This document shows, in pieces, positions 1-9,300 of a DNA stretch of 64,000 nucleotides. Under the pieces are notes generated by a model. That model was given only the letters and a program-made list of their open reading frames with translations. It ran no database searches and was not told the DNA's origin. A program made the position numbers and the translations under genes. Position 1 is the stretch's first letter. The number at the start of each line of letters is the position of its first letter. The DNA comes from Syntrophales bacterium (GTDB lineage Bacteria > Desulfobacterota > Syntrophia > Syntrophales > UBA2210): contig CAXXNF010000002.1 in assembly GCA_963666365.2 (NCBI GenBank), positions 448,001 to 512,000 on the forward strand. The letters run 5' to 3'.

Positions 1-604
1 CGCAGTTGTACGCTGCTGCCAGATACGACCTGAATGAACCCGCCGTTCGTTCTTTCCCCGCTTCCATGACGCGCCTCACCAACTTAGCGGCTTGCTTCGG
101 TGTAATATCTCTCGCCGGTGTACCTGCAAGGTCCGGATCGGCTTCCGTTAAGTGGCACTTTGTAGCTGAACGAACAGCCCCCGCGTAAATGATTTTTCCC
201 TGCGCATCGCAATATTTTGCGTATTCTTCCATCAAAGCCTTGAGGGTGTATTTTTTGCTTGCTTCGGCTTCCTTCTTGGCGGCCTCATCCGCTGCTTTTT
301 TCACAGCTCTTGCTTTTTCCTGCTTCTTTTCCACTTCTCGGGGGTCAATGCCTTTATCCAACAAGGCTTGAAGGTGCCGCGCCTCTTTCCGTGCATCTTC
401 AATGGTCCAGTCACCGCACTTTCCAATTGTCCTACGAATCGTTGTACGGTTTAACTTACCCTCAAAGACAAAGGATTTTACTCCCGCTGCTGTTACTCTT
501 ACAGCTAAGCGCGTAGCGTCAGCGTCCCAAGTAAACGATTGTTGCTTGTCGGCCGGGCATTGAATAGCTTTGATTCGATCAAGGGTGAGTCTGATTCGTT
601 TCAT
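1..604 (-). CDS. Tyrosine recombinase/integrase, P4-like with N-terminal arm-DNA-binding domain (DUF4102-like); 5' part only, runs off the left edge
   Basis: Hand translation from ATG at 604 (RBS GGAGGT): MKRIRLTLDRIKAIQCPADKQQSFTWDADATRLAVRVTAAGVKSFVFEGKLNRTTIRRTIGKCGDWTIEDARKEARHLQALLDKGIDPRE..., open to base 1. Typical arm-binding signature (WD..LAVRV..G.KSF..R.TIG..ARK.A..GIDP); lies beside a tRNA fragment. Catalytic domain is outside the window. Confidence 0.88.
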   Translation of the reverse strand, partial: MKRIRLTLDRIKAIQCPADKQQSFTWDADATRLAVRVTAAGVKSFVFEGKLNRTTIRRTIGKCGDWTIEDARKEARHLQALLDKGIDPREVEKKQEKARAVKKAADEAAKKEAEASKKYTLKALMEEYAKYCDAQGKIIYAGAVRSATKCHLTEADPDLAGTPARDITPKQAAKLVRRVMEAGKERTAGSFRSYLAAAYNC

Positions 605-797
605 GACCACCTCCTAAAGTTTGGCTGCGTGGTATAACGATTGCCCCTTGGCTTTGTCATGTAGCCACTGTGTAGCCATATTCTTACAATTCATTTCAAT
701 GAAAGTCAATATGTATTTTATTATTATTACTTGATAAGAATGGTTTTGATGGTGGATATGCAATCCGTTTCAATGATATTAAATGGGGTAATATTCA

Positions 798-844
798 GAC
801 TTCTAATCCGTAGGTCCCGGGTTCGAATCCCTGCTGGCGTACCA
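798..844 (+). pseudogene. 3' half of tRNA-Arg(TCT), att-site duplication, not an intact tRNA
   Basis: GA-CTTCTAA-TCCGT-AGGTC-CCGGG-TTCGAAT-CCCTG-CTGGCGT-A-CCA: anticodon loop with TCT (802-804), variable loop, T-loop, acceptor 3' strand and CCA. Upstream there is no D-arm or acceptor 5' strand. Confidence 0.85.
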
Positions 845-849
845 AAATC

Positions 850-876
850 AAGGGCTCCCGCAAGGGAGCCCTTTTT
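850..876 (+). terminator. Intrinsic terminator after the tRNA fragment
   Basis: AAGGGCTCCC-GCAA-GGGAGCCCTT followed by a T-run. Confidence 0.8.
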
Positions 877-880
877 AGCT

Positions 881-900
881 TTGTCCACATTTGTCCACAT
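881..900. repeat. Tandem 10-bp direct repeat TTGTCCACAT x2, possible integrase arm-type sites
   Basis: Exact tandem duplication 37 bp from the tRNA CCA end. Confidence 0.6.
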
Positions 901-920
901 CTGGATGAATTGTTTTTCCT

Positions 921-1106
921 CTAGGAACTCAGCGAATAGAGGAAATTCACTCCGCCTTCGAAGGGTGGGATTATTTCGCTCCATGCGCCCCATGCTTCGC
1001 TCTCGATGTCATGCAAATCCGGGGACAGTATACGTAATTCAGCCTGTTCCTTTTGGTCAGGCTTCTGTTTGCGAATCACAGGGTCAATGCCGTTCTTTTC
1101 TTTCAT
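921..1106 (-). CDS. Small hypothetical protein (61 aa)
   Basis: ORF with purine-rich RBS (AGGGGGGAAGC-ATG); no recognisable motif. Confidence 0.35.
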   Translation of the reverse strand: MKEKNGIDPVIRKQKPDQKEQAELRILSPDLHDIESEAWGAWSEIIPPFEGGVNFLYSLSS

Positions 1107-1166
1107 GCTTCCCCCCTGCTGTTAGTAATTAAATATATTCCGTCCCCGTCCCGGCATTACAGGAGA

Positions 1167-1202
1167 CAAAAAATCCCCCCTTTTCCATCAAAAGGGGGGA
1201 TT
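1167..1202 (-). terminator. Intrinsic terminator hairpin downstream of the 1252-1846 genes
   Basis: AATCCCCCCTTTT-CCATC-AAAAGGGGGGATT with a T-run on the minus strand. Confidence 0.6.
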
Positions 1203-1251
1203 ATATATACCCGGGTTTTATCGACGAGGCAACCGGCGCCGCCGGCAGGGA

Positions 1252-1506
1252 TCATCCCTTTCCCCGTCTTACCCAGACTTCCCAGTAGAGGCGACCCACG
1301 CAGAGGAATACCCCGAGAAAGAAGAGTCCCAGCATGAAGGTCGGCGCGGAACCGAACTGCTGGTCAAGCCAGTACCCCGCATAGAGAAAGAGGAAGGACG
1401 AAATGGCGATCACAAATCCCCACACGCTTATCATGAAGACCGATGTGTAGTTCGCTCTGTCCTCCATATGATGCCTATGATGCAGATGATGTCGCAGTAC
1501 TGTCAT
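1252..1506 (-). CDS. AtpZ/AtpI (ATPase gene1)-like small membrane protein with His-rich N-terminus
   Basis: Two hydrophobic helices and GYWLDQQFGSAP motif resembling G.wlD..fgt.P of the family; RBS AAGGAGG. Confidence 0.65.
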   Translation of the reverse strand: MTVLRHHLHHRHHMEDRANYTSVFMISVWGFVIAISSFLFLYAGYWLDQQFGSAPTFMLGLFFLGVFLCVGRLYWEVWVRRGKG

Positions 1507-1570
1507 TGTTCCTGTCCTCCTTTCCGAGGATGCCCGCCTTTAAGGCAGGATGAATCCGTATCTTCTTTTC

Positions 1571-1846
1571 CTAGCTGACCAGGGCCTTCAGCGCATCCAC
1601 CACCGGGGCCGTGAAGAGCGCCACCAGCACCGCGTAGAGCGCGAAGGAACCGACGGCTTCGCTCATGTAGATCTTGGAGTATTTGTGCTTCAGCGAGGTG
1701 ATGATCAGACCGCCCACCACCAGGCAGCCCAGCTGGAAGTAGGGGAAATTCCCCGCCGTCGATGCCACATACTCGGCAAAGCTGAAGGATGCCGTAATCA
1801 GAACCACGAAGACCGCCATGATCAGTGTCTGAAGTGTCCGTTTCAT
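1571..1846 (-). CDS. Hypothetical membrane protein (91 aa)
   Basis: Strong RBS (AAGGAGG), signal-peptide-like N-terminus, two further hydrophobic segments, GC3-rich codon usage. Confidence 0.75.
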   Translation of the reverse strand: MKRTLQTLIMAVFVVLITASFSFAEYVASTAGNFPYFQLGCLVVGGLIITSLKHKYSKIYMSEAVGSFALYAVLVALFTAPVVDALKALVS

Positions 1847-1894
1847 ATCCTTTTCCTCCTTTTGGTGTGTTCGTTTGTCTTTGCCTTATGATGT

Positions 1895-1910
1895 AGGAAG
1901 AACCGTGCCA
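1895..1910 (-). promoter_or_regulatory. Putative sigma54 (-24/-12) promoter
   Basis: Minus strand TGGCACGGTTCTTCCT: perfect TGGCAC, -12 element TTCC instead of TTGC; AT-rich IHF-like tract upstream (about 1925-1970). Confidence 0.45.
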
Positions 1911-2098
1911 AAGCGGGCATCCGTTCATAATATTTTTTATATGCTCGTTATTATTGATGATATTTGATTAAACCGGAACGGGGACGGACGCAAACTCGGG
2001 AGCGTTGCACACCCCCATTCGATGAAATGTGAAACACCGTTGAACGAAATGTCCAGAGGAAGGCGGATTTCATCGCTCACAGGTTACTTCCTATTGTA

Positions 2099-2134
2099 AT
2101 GCCGATAGTTCGGCATAGCGGAGCTTCTAAGCAA
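2099..2134. repeat. Short palindromic element ATGCCGA-N4-TCGGCAT...GGAGCTTCT, related to the copy at 36082-36130
   Basis: Direct comparison with 36098-36131. Confidence 0.5.
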
Positions 2135-2146
2135 CGTATTCATTTT

Positions 2147-2226
2147 ATCCCGCAAGACGCCGAGTTCGCAGAGAAAAACTATTTTTATTGGTTTGTCCTC
2201 AGCGCCCCTGCGCCTCTGCGAGAAAT
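2147..2226. repeat. REP-like imperfect inverted repeat
   Basis: Arms CCCGCAAGACGCCGAGTTCGCAGAG and CTCAGCGCCCCTGCGCCTCTGCGAG around an AT-rich spacer, intergenic. Confidence 0.45.
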
Positions 2227-2535
2227 GTTGTTATTTTATTCCCGGTACGCTGCTCAAACAACTGTGTTACTTTGCAGTATAATGCCAATGCCGACCGGAC
2301 ACATCCCTGGTATTTCGAAATCTTGAACCTGAACAAGGGCAGGACTCACATCACCGCGAACACCTCCGGCGCCGACAATAAAAGAGGCTTGACTTTTGTA
2401 TCCCGGGATCTTATTGATTAGTGATGTTCTTCTGAAAAGGTGGGGAGCAGTCGTGTCTATTGTAATGTTGGCTTCTTCTCACGTACCTGCTGCTTTTCTT
2501 GTGTTATACTGCCGATGCAACACTGAGGCTTATAC

Positions 2536-4938
2536 ATGCCCCCAAAAAGAGAAACAGACAACAGGCTTGAGAAAACAAACGAAAAGGTGAGTCTGTCGGA
2601 ATCCAATTTAAAGGAAACCATAGCGAGACAGGAAGAAGAGCTCAAGGCGAATGAGAGAAAATATCGCTCACTGTTCACTTATTCGATGGATGCAATCCTC
2701 CTGACCACGCCGGACGGCGGCATTCTCGATGCAAACCTGGCGGCGTGCGACATGTTTGGCTGTTCTCTGGAAGAAATCAAACGCCTGGGACGTCAGGGCC
2801 TGGTGGATGAGACCGACCTCCGTCTGGACATCGCGCTGAACGAACGAACCGTCAAAGGCCGATCACGGGCCGAGATCACCATGATCCGCGCCAACGGCGA
2901 AAAATTTCCTGTGGAAATCACATCGAAAATTTTTATCGATGCCGATGGTCGGCAGAAGACCAGCATGATCATACGGGATATCACCAACCGCAGGCAGTCT
3001 GAGGATGCACTGAGGGAGAAAGAGGAGACGCTTCAGGCCTTTTTCGATGCGACGCACGAAAGCATGGTACTCATTGATACCGAGGGTACTATAGTCCTGT
3101 CCAATAAAACAGGTGCCCAGAGATTGGGTAAAACAATGGCTCAATTTGTTGCAACCTGCCTTTACGACCATTTTCCACCCGATGTGGCACAGTTCAGAAA
3201 AAAACATTACGACCAGGTGGTTGCCACGGGCGAGCCGGTGAATTTCATCGATTCACGCGCGGGAAGGATGTACGAACAGCATTGCTATCCGGCATTTGAC
3301 AAGGCGGGGAAGGTGAGCGGAGTTGCCATCTTCGCACAGGACATCACTGACCGCAGACGGGCCGAGCTGGAACGGGAAAAAGCCCTTGAGGCGCTTCGCG
3401 AAAGTGAAAAAAAGTACCGTCTTGTCGTCGAAAATGCCAACGACATTGTGTGGACCTTCGATCTGAATTCCATGAAATACAGTTTTGTTTCCCCCTCGGT
3501 GAAGCGCCTGTTGGGGTTTTCCGTCGAAGAGGCTACGAAAATATCGTTAAGGGACAGTTTCCCCCCGGATACCTTTAAGTATGTGGAAAGGTCTTTTGCG
3601 GCGCTTATTGCAGGAAGAATTAAAGATAACATATTGATTATAGAAGCAGAACATTATCATTGCAATGGCGCCTTAGTATGGTTGGAAATAAGCGCTCGAC
3701 CGATGCGCGACGCAAAGGGGGCGGTAACGGGATTTTCCGGTGTCAGTCGCGATATCAGCGCGCGCAAGCAGGCGGAAATCGAGAGGGAGGCGACGCTCGA
3801 AGCGCTGAACCGTTCCCAGGGCACGCTGTCAAGCATCATTGAATTTCTTCCCGACGCCACAGTGGTTATCGATAGAGAAGGGAAAGTGATTGCCTGGAAC
3901 AGAGCCATGGAGGATCTTACCGGCGTTCGAGCCGATGATATGCTGGGCAAAGGAAATTACGAGTACGGGCTGGTCTTATATGAAAAGCGACTGCCTATGC
4001 TCATTGATGCGGCCCTTCATCCCGAACTTGAGAGTCAGGTGGGACAAAACCATATAGAATACTGTGAGAATGCGCTGTATACGGAAGTGATGATACATAA
4101 TCGACAGGGAAAAGATTTATATCTCACTGCAACGGCGTCGGTGCTTCGGGATGCCGCCGGCGCCGTTGTCGGGGCCGTCGAGTCTTTACGGAACGAAATG
4201 GAACGCAAACATCTCGAAAAAAGACTTCAGCAGTCTGAGAAGCTGACCGCCCTGAGCCGCATATCGGCCGGCGTCGCCCATGAGATCCTGAATCCCCTCG
4301 GCATCATTTCTCTGGAATTGCAGCTTCTACAGGCCGAGGACGACATTCCCTCGACGGTGCACGAAGAACTGGACATCTGCATGAAGCAGGTGGAAAGAAT
4401 CGTCGCTATTGCAGACGACCTGAAGCAGCTTTCACGTGTTTCCAGCGATGTGATGATTCCCGACAATGTAAATGACGTAATTGCACAGGTGCTTCGCATG
4501 TTCAGATCACAGCTGAAACTTGAGGGTGTGGCCATCGAGGTGTGTTACGGGGAGGGACTTCCGAAGACGCTGTTGAATCGTCAGAAAATCGAACAGGTGC
4601 TGGTCAACCTCATTACGAACGCTCTTGCGGCCATGGAGGGCAAAAAAGAGCAAGTGCTTACCATAGAGACGGGGATCCATGAAAGAGATGACGGACGGTA
4701 TATAAGAACAGTGATTGCCGATACGGGCAGGGGCATTAAAGGTCATGATCTTTCCAGGATATTTGAACCGTTTTATACGACTAAGCAGCTGGACAGGGGA
4801 ATGGGGATGGGTCTTTCGATATCACACGGCATTATACAACAGCACGGCGGACGAATATGGGCTGAAAACAATGAAAGGGGCGGCGCATCTTTTTTTATTG
4901 AGATTCCGGTAAGGGTTGCCGAAAAGGAAAGTGAGTGA
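2536..4938 (+). CDS. Cytoplasmic multi-PAS sensor histidine kinase
   Basis: Four PAS/PAC repeats (DIT.R motifs), H-box GVAHEILNPL, N-box NLITNA, G1 DTGRGI, F-box FEPFYTTK, G2 GMGMGL. Confidence 0.93.
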   Translation: MPPKRETDNRLEKTNEKVSLSESNLKETIARQEEELKANERKYRSLFTYSMDAILLTTPDGGILDANLAACDMFGCSLEEIKRLGRQGLVDETDLRLDIALNERTVKGRSRAEITMIRANGEKFPVEITSKIFIDADGRQKTSMIIRDITNRRQSEDALREKEETLQAFFDATHESMVLIDTEGTIVLSNKTGAQRLGKTMAQFVATCLYDHFPPDVAQFRKKHYDQVVATGEPVNFIDSRAGRMYEQHCYPAFDKAGKVSGVAIFAQDITDRRRAELEREKALEALRESEKKYRLVVENANDIVWTFDLNSMKYSFVSPSVKRLLGFSVEEATKISLRDSFPPDTFKYVERSFAALIAGRIKDNILIIEAEHYHCNGALVWLEISARPMRDAKGAVTGFSGVSRDISARKQAEIEREATLEALNRSQGTLSSIIEFLPDATVVIDREGKVIAWNRAMEDLTGVRADDMLGKGNYEYGLVLYEKRLPMLIDAALHPELESQVGQNHIEYCENALYTEVMIHNRQGKDLYLTATASVLRDAAGAVVGAVESLRNEMERKHLEKRLQQSEKLTALSRISAGVAHEILNPLGIISLELQLLQAEDDIPSTVHEELDICMKQVERIVAIADDLKQLSRVSSDVMIPDNVNDVIAQVLRMFRSQLKLEGVAIEVCYGEGLPKTLLNRQKIEQVLVNLITNALAAMEGKKEQVLTIETGIHERDDGRYIRTVIADTGRGIKGHDLSRIFEPFYTTKQLDRGMGMGLSISHGIIQQHGGRIWAENNERGGASFFIEIPVRVAEKESE

Positions 4939-5327
4939 CAGGCATGGATGAAAGGGTCGAAGATAAGATACTGATTGCAGATGACGAAAGTGAGATTGTC
5001 AGGCTTTTGAAGCGATTTATGCAGTCTGCGGGGTTTAAGGTGTATTCGGCGATGGACGCGCAGGAGGCTGTCGCAAAAACGAGAGACCTTCGGCCGGATG
5101 CTGTGCTTCTTGACATTGTCATGCCAGGTGGCGGGGGTATTGAAGCACTGAAGGAAATAAAGAGAATCCAGCCGACAACAGCAGTCATTATGATAACCGC
5201 CGTTGTCGGCGACGAAATGATGCACATTTCACTGCAAGCGGGTGCAGACGGATACATACGCAAGCCCTGTGCGCTTTCCGAGTTGGAAGAGACCGTGAGA
5301 GATGCGATAAAGAAATATAGGCAATAG
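4935..5327 (+). CDS. Single-domain response regulator (CheY-like)
   Basis: ILIADDE, LLDIVMP, MITA, KP motifs; overlaps the kinase stop. Confidence 0.92.
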   Translation: MTGMDERVEDKILIADDESEIVRLLKRFMQSAGFKVYSAMDAQEAVAKTRDLRPDAVLLDIVMPGGGGIEALKEIKRIQPTTAVIMITAVVGDEMMHISLQAGADGYIRKPCALSELEETVRDAIKKYRQ

Positions 5328-5350
5328 ATTAAAATAATAAGGAAAAGGGT

Positions 5351-6421
5351 ATGTCCGTACTGTCAAGAATGAGAGGGACCTCAAAAAAAGCAGGCTTGCC
5401 TCCGGGCACACTGGTGCATGTGGGGGAACGCAAAGCGGAAAAAGTCAGGATGCGAGTGATCGATTACAATGCGGATATACTTCACGAGAGCGAATTGGAA
5501 AATAGTGCGGAGCGCTATCCCTTTACAGACACCAAATCGGTGACCTGGCTGAATATCGACGGGCTCCATGAACCGGGAGTAATAGAAAAGATCGGTCATT
5601 ACTTCAATCTTCACCCCCTGGTGCAGGAGGATATCCTGCACACGAATCAGCGGCCGAAGATGGAGGACCATGAAGAGTACATCTTGCTTGTGGTACGGAT
5701 GCTCTATTACGATCAGGAAACCGACGCAGTCAAGTCCGAACAGGTGAGCATTATTCTCGGTGCACACTGCGTAATTTCTTTCCAGGAGTTGGAAGGGGAT
5801 GTGTTCGACCCCCTCAGAGAACGTATTCGTCAGGGTAAAGGGAAAATACGAAAACTGGGCGCCGATTATCTCGCCTATGCACTTATCGATATGGTGGTGG
5901 ATCATTATTTTGTCCTGCTGGAGAAACTAGGCGAACGCATAGCGGTCCTTGAAGATGAGCTGACATTCAATCCCCGTCAGCATACGATACAGGCCATTCA
6001 TTCGTTAAAGCAGGAAATCGTGTTTTTGAGAAAATCCCTGTGGCCGATGCGGGAAGTAATAAATTCATTGAGTCGAAGCGAATCCCCTCTCATCAGCCAG
6101 GAACTCTCACTCTATACGAGAGACCTTTACGATCACACAATTCAGGTGATTGATGCAGTGGAGACATACCAGGATCTTCTCTCAGGGATGCTGGATTTAT
6201 ATCTTTCAAGTATGAGCAACAAGATGAACGAGGTCATGAAGGTGCTGACCATTTTTGCCTCGATATTTATTCCATTGACCTTTCTTGCCGGTATCTATGG
6301 AATGAATTTTGAGTTTATGCCCGAGTTGAAATGGCGTTGGTCCTATCCGGTGCTTCTGTGCTGTATGTGTGCAGCCGGCGTGGGGATGCTGGCGTTTTTC
6401 AAAAGAAAAAAATGGCTCTGA
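5351..6421 (+). CDS. corA: Magnesium/cobalt transporter CorA
   Basis: KAGLPPGTL N-terminus, QRPKMED, YGMNF and MPEL signatures, two C-terminal TM helices. Confidence 0.96.
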   Translation: MSVLSRMRGTSKKAGLPPGTLVHVGERKAEKVRMRVIDYNADILHESELENSAERYPFTDTKSVTWLNIDGLHEPGVIEKIGHYFNLHPLVQEDILHTNQRPKMEDHEEYILLVVRMLYYDQETDAVKSEQVSIILGAHCVISFQELEGDVFDPLRERIRQGKGKIRKLGADYLAYALIDMVVDHYFVLLEKLGERIAVLEDELTFNPRQHTIQAIHSLKQEIVFLRKSLWPMREVINSLSRSESPLISQELSLYTRDLYDHTIQVIDAVETYQDLLSGMLDLYLSSMSNKMNEVMKVLTIFASIFIPLTFLAGIYGMNFEFMPELKWRWSYPVLLCCMCAAGVGMLAFFKRKKWL

Positions 6422-6452
6422 CGGGGCCTCTGAAACATATTGATTCGAATCA

Positions 6453-9293
6453 TCAGAAGGTATAGCCGATCGAAAAATGGAATCTTCCGCTGCGTTCATT
6501 CTCCCGAGGATCAAGTTTGACGCCGTAGAGAAATCCGATGGGCCCTATGGGGGTGAGGTACCGAAGTCCTGCGCCTACTGAAGAGCGAAATCCGTCGGAC
6601 CCGTAATTTCCCATGGTGCGTGAGACACTTCCCGTATCGAAAAAAGTGGTCAGTTCCACATTTCCTCCCAGATCGATTCGCGCTTCCATACTCCCCGACA
6701 GGGAAAGGCGCCCCCCGGCGGGATTTTCTGAGCTGTCGTACCGGAGCATGTTTTCGGAAAAGCCCCGCACATCGGAAATGCCCCCCAGATAGAAAAGCTG
6801 GTCCCGGGGCACCGTTCCGGAATCGCCGTACAACTGGATGAGCCCCGCTCTGGCAACGAAGGCGAAGGTGAGGCGTGGAAGCGGAGAAATGTAGTATCTC
6901 CCGTCAAATCGATATTTCAGAAAATCGTCAAAGGAATTTCTGATTCCCTTTGAAACATCAAATGAAAACGTGAAGAACATTCCCTTTCTGGGGCGGATGA
7001 AGGAATCGCGACTGTCGAAGCTGATTGCCGGGGTCGTCACAAGGATGCTGCGGGCGTTTCCAATGTCTGCTGCAGTGCTCGTACAGGAACCGTCGTCACT
7101 GCAGAAGAGTTCTTTCTGCTCAAAGCGGAATCCCAGTTCCGCGGCAAAACCGCAGGGCCATGTTCTTGCGAACTGAAGCGATGATCCATAGGTTTCTACA
7201 CCGAAATCCTGGTTGAATTCCTCCTTTTTTTCCTGGAATAGTGCGAGCGTTGCCGACAGGCTGGCGCCGAGAAACCGTGGTTCAGTGACGCCGAGGTCGG
7301 TACGGTACCCTATTTCGCTTATGGTGCTGCTCATCCACAGGTTTTTTCGGGCGCCCAAAAAATTCCGGTCACCGGTCTTCGCCTTTGCGTAAAGACCGCT
7401 TTGCGATTCATACCCGATCCCTGCCTGCACAAAATAGGGCTTTTTTTCCTTCACATCCACAATCAGATGAATAAGGCCGGTCTTTTCCGCAAGACCGATT
7501 GCCTTGAACCTGACAGAGCTGAATATGTCCATATTTCTTACATTACGCTGTCCCTGAAGCAGTCTGACCGGGGAAAACAGGTCGCCTGTCTGTATTCCCA
7601 TTTCATCCTCAATGAGCGTCCTCCTTGTTCTGAAATTGCCTGTTATGAAAATTTGCCCCACCTCTGCCCGGAGACCTTCATCAATGATATACTCCACATA
7701 TGCCTGTGATTGGTCGGTGCTTATGGATGCGGCATGTTCCACGGCGACATAGGGATGTCCCTTTTCAGCAATAAGAGATGATAGGATGTGCTTCTCGTTT
7801 TCAAGCATGTAGGGCCGAAAAGGTTCTCCCGCCTTCAAATTCAGGGCGTCAATGGCCTCTGCCTCGGAGATGACGGTAAGCCCTTTAATTGTTACGGCCG
7901 TGAGAATCGTGCGGGTTCCCTCTTCGATGAAAAATGTGATGACTGCAGAACGGCCTTTTGCGTCGGTTTCACCCCAGGCGACCTCTGTGCGAATCATTGC
8001 ATTGATAAACCCATGCCGGTTATAGAGAACTTTTATGGCCGCAGCATCTCTGTCGACATCTTCCCTGATGTAGGGGGTGTCTTTTTTTAAGATCGTGCCC
8101 TCTGTGACGAGTTCTTTTCTTATTTCGTCGTCGGGTACCATGGCATTGCCTGAAATTCTGATTTCTTCAATTCGAGAAAAAACCCCTTCGTTCACGGTAA
8201 ATGTGACCGTGCGGATGGATGTTTTTTCCTCAACAGCATCGTCGACGTCACAGGATACCGCAACGTCAGGAAATCCCGCGTTTCGGTAGCGTTCTTTGAT
8301 CTTCTTTATGCTTTTTCTGTAGATCCTGTCGCGTGTAATGCCCTCATGCAGAAACACCGCGTCTTCTTTCAGTTTCGAATCAGAAAACGCATGATTGCCG
8401 GTAAACCGGACACGGTATAGGGGACCTTCCGCAACGGTAAGATCGATGGTCACCTGCGCCTTCGGGGCATTTCTTAGCACTGATGCGTCGATAGCGCATG
8501 CCGCAAAGCCGAGGCTTCTGTAGTGTTCCGTAAGTCTTTCAATATCGTTGTGTACCTGGGCCTCGATGAATCGACCGGTGGTTCCCGGCAGATAACGGGT
8601 GCGCCATACCTTCATCTTTGACTTTAGGGTTGAATATTTAACACTCTGTTTATCTTTGATGTTGATACGATCCAGCTTCCAGTAGCGACCTTTCTCGACG
8701 GCAATGTGGAGCGTCACATTACCGCTCTCTGGATCGGCATCCGCCGTGATGCCTGCGCGGGGGTCCATGAATCCCTCGCGTTTAAAAAACTCCTCTATCA
8801 ATAGTGCTTGTCTCTGTTGTGTTTCGGCGGTGAAGATGTCACCGACAGAGACAGTCATGACTTTCAGGATATCCTTTTCAAAGAATGGATAGATCCCATC
8901 GATTTCAATATCCCTTATTAAGACAGCCGGCTGAAGATCGAAGAAGAGGGCGATTGCTCCGTCTTCATCCTTTGAGTCAACATGAATGGCCGAGAATTGT
9001 TTGCTCAGGCTGAGCGCTCTGATTGATGCGTCGAGCAGCGAAGCGGAAAATTCATGCCCCTCTTTTAAAAAAATGAGTGTCCATGCAAGCTCGATGAGCT
9101 TCTGATCGAACCCGGGACCTTTATGAATATGAAGAGAAATGTGCGATACCAACGCTTCGGGTCTTTGATCGGCTGTCTTTTCCGTCTCCTGACTGATGGA
9201 ACCGGCATGGATGAAGGGGGAGGGGGCCATACAGATGCAGAGACACAGCAATCCTGACAGGAGGCAGTGTATGTGGAATAGAGTGCGGTGCAT
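6453..9293 (-). CDS. Omp85-family outer membrane protein (BamA/TamA-like) with about 7 POTRA domains
   Basis: Repeated POTRA motifs, VRGF loop-6 motif, GLRYLTPIGP, C-terminal GYTF. Start moved to ATG 9293 to avoid overlapping tamB. Confidence 0.9.
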   Translation of the reverse strand: MHRTLFHIHCLLSGLLCLCICMAPSPFIHAGSISQETEKTADQRPEALVSHISLHIHKGPGFDQKLIELAWTLIFLKEGHEFSASLLDASIRALSLSKQFSAIHVDSKDEDGAIALFFDLQPAVLIRDIEIDGIYPFFEKDILKVMTVSVGDIFTAETQQRQALLIEEFFKREGFMDPRAGITADADPESGNVTLHIAVEKGRYWKLDRINIKDKQSVKYSTLKSKMKVWRTRYLPGTTGRFIEAQVHNDIERLTEHYRSLGFAACAIDASVLRNAPKAQVTIDLTVAEGPLYRVRFTGNHAFSDSKLKEDAVFLHEGITRDRIYRKSIKKIKERYRNAGFPDVAVSCDVDDAVEEKTSIRTVTFTVNEGVFSRIEEIRISGNAMVPDDEIRKELVTEGTILKKDTPYIREDVDRDAAAIKVLYNRHGFINAMIRTEVAWGETDAKGRSAVITFFIEEGTRTILTAVTIKGLTVISEAEAIDALNLKAGEPFRPYMLENEKHILSSLIAEKGHPYVAVEHAASISTDQSQAYVEYIIDEGLRAEVGQIFITGNFRTRRTLIEDEMGIQTGDLFSPVRLLQGQRNVRNMDIFSSVRFKAIGLAEKTGLIHLIVDVKEKKPYFVQAGIGYESQSGLYAKAKTGDRNFLGARKNLWMSSTISEIGYRTDLGVTEPRFLGASLSATLALFQEKKEEFNQDFGVETYGSSLQFARTWPCGFAAELGFRFEQKELFCSDDGSCTSTAADIGNARSILVTTPAISFDSRDSFIRPRKGMFFTFSFDVSKGIRNSFDDFLKYRFDGRYYISPLPRLTFAFVARAGLIQLYGDSGTVPRDQLFYLGGISDVRGFSENMLRYDSSENPAGGRLSLSGSMEARIDLGGNVELTTFFDTGSVSRTMGNYGSDGFRSSVGAGLRYLTPIGPIGFLYGVKLDPRENERSGRFHFSIGYTF

Positions 9294-9300
9294 GCCTTTC

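Larger units (their letters stand above)
1..844. mobile_element. Right end of an integrative element (island or prophage) inserted at tRNA-Arg(TCT)
   Basis: Integrase, AT-rich spacer (about 690-795), direct repeat TGTAGCCA x2 (660-667, 671-678) and displaced tRNA 3' half at 798-844. Confidence 0.75.

Noticed and set aside
6..516. Plus-strand ORFs 6-188, 189-371 and 259-516
   Set aside because: Antisense shadows of the integrase reading frame.
770..844. Intact tRNA-Arg gene
   Set aside because: No acceptor 5' strand or D-arm; the anticodon stem pairs poorly (TCAGA/TCCGT). Only the 3' half is present.
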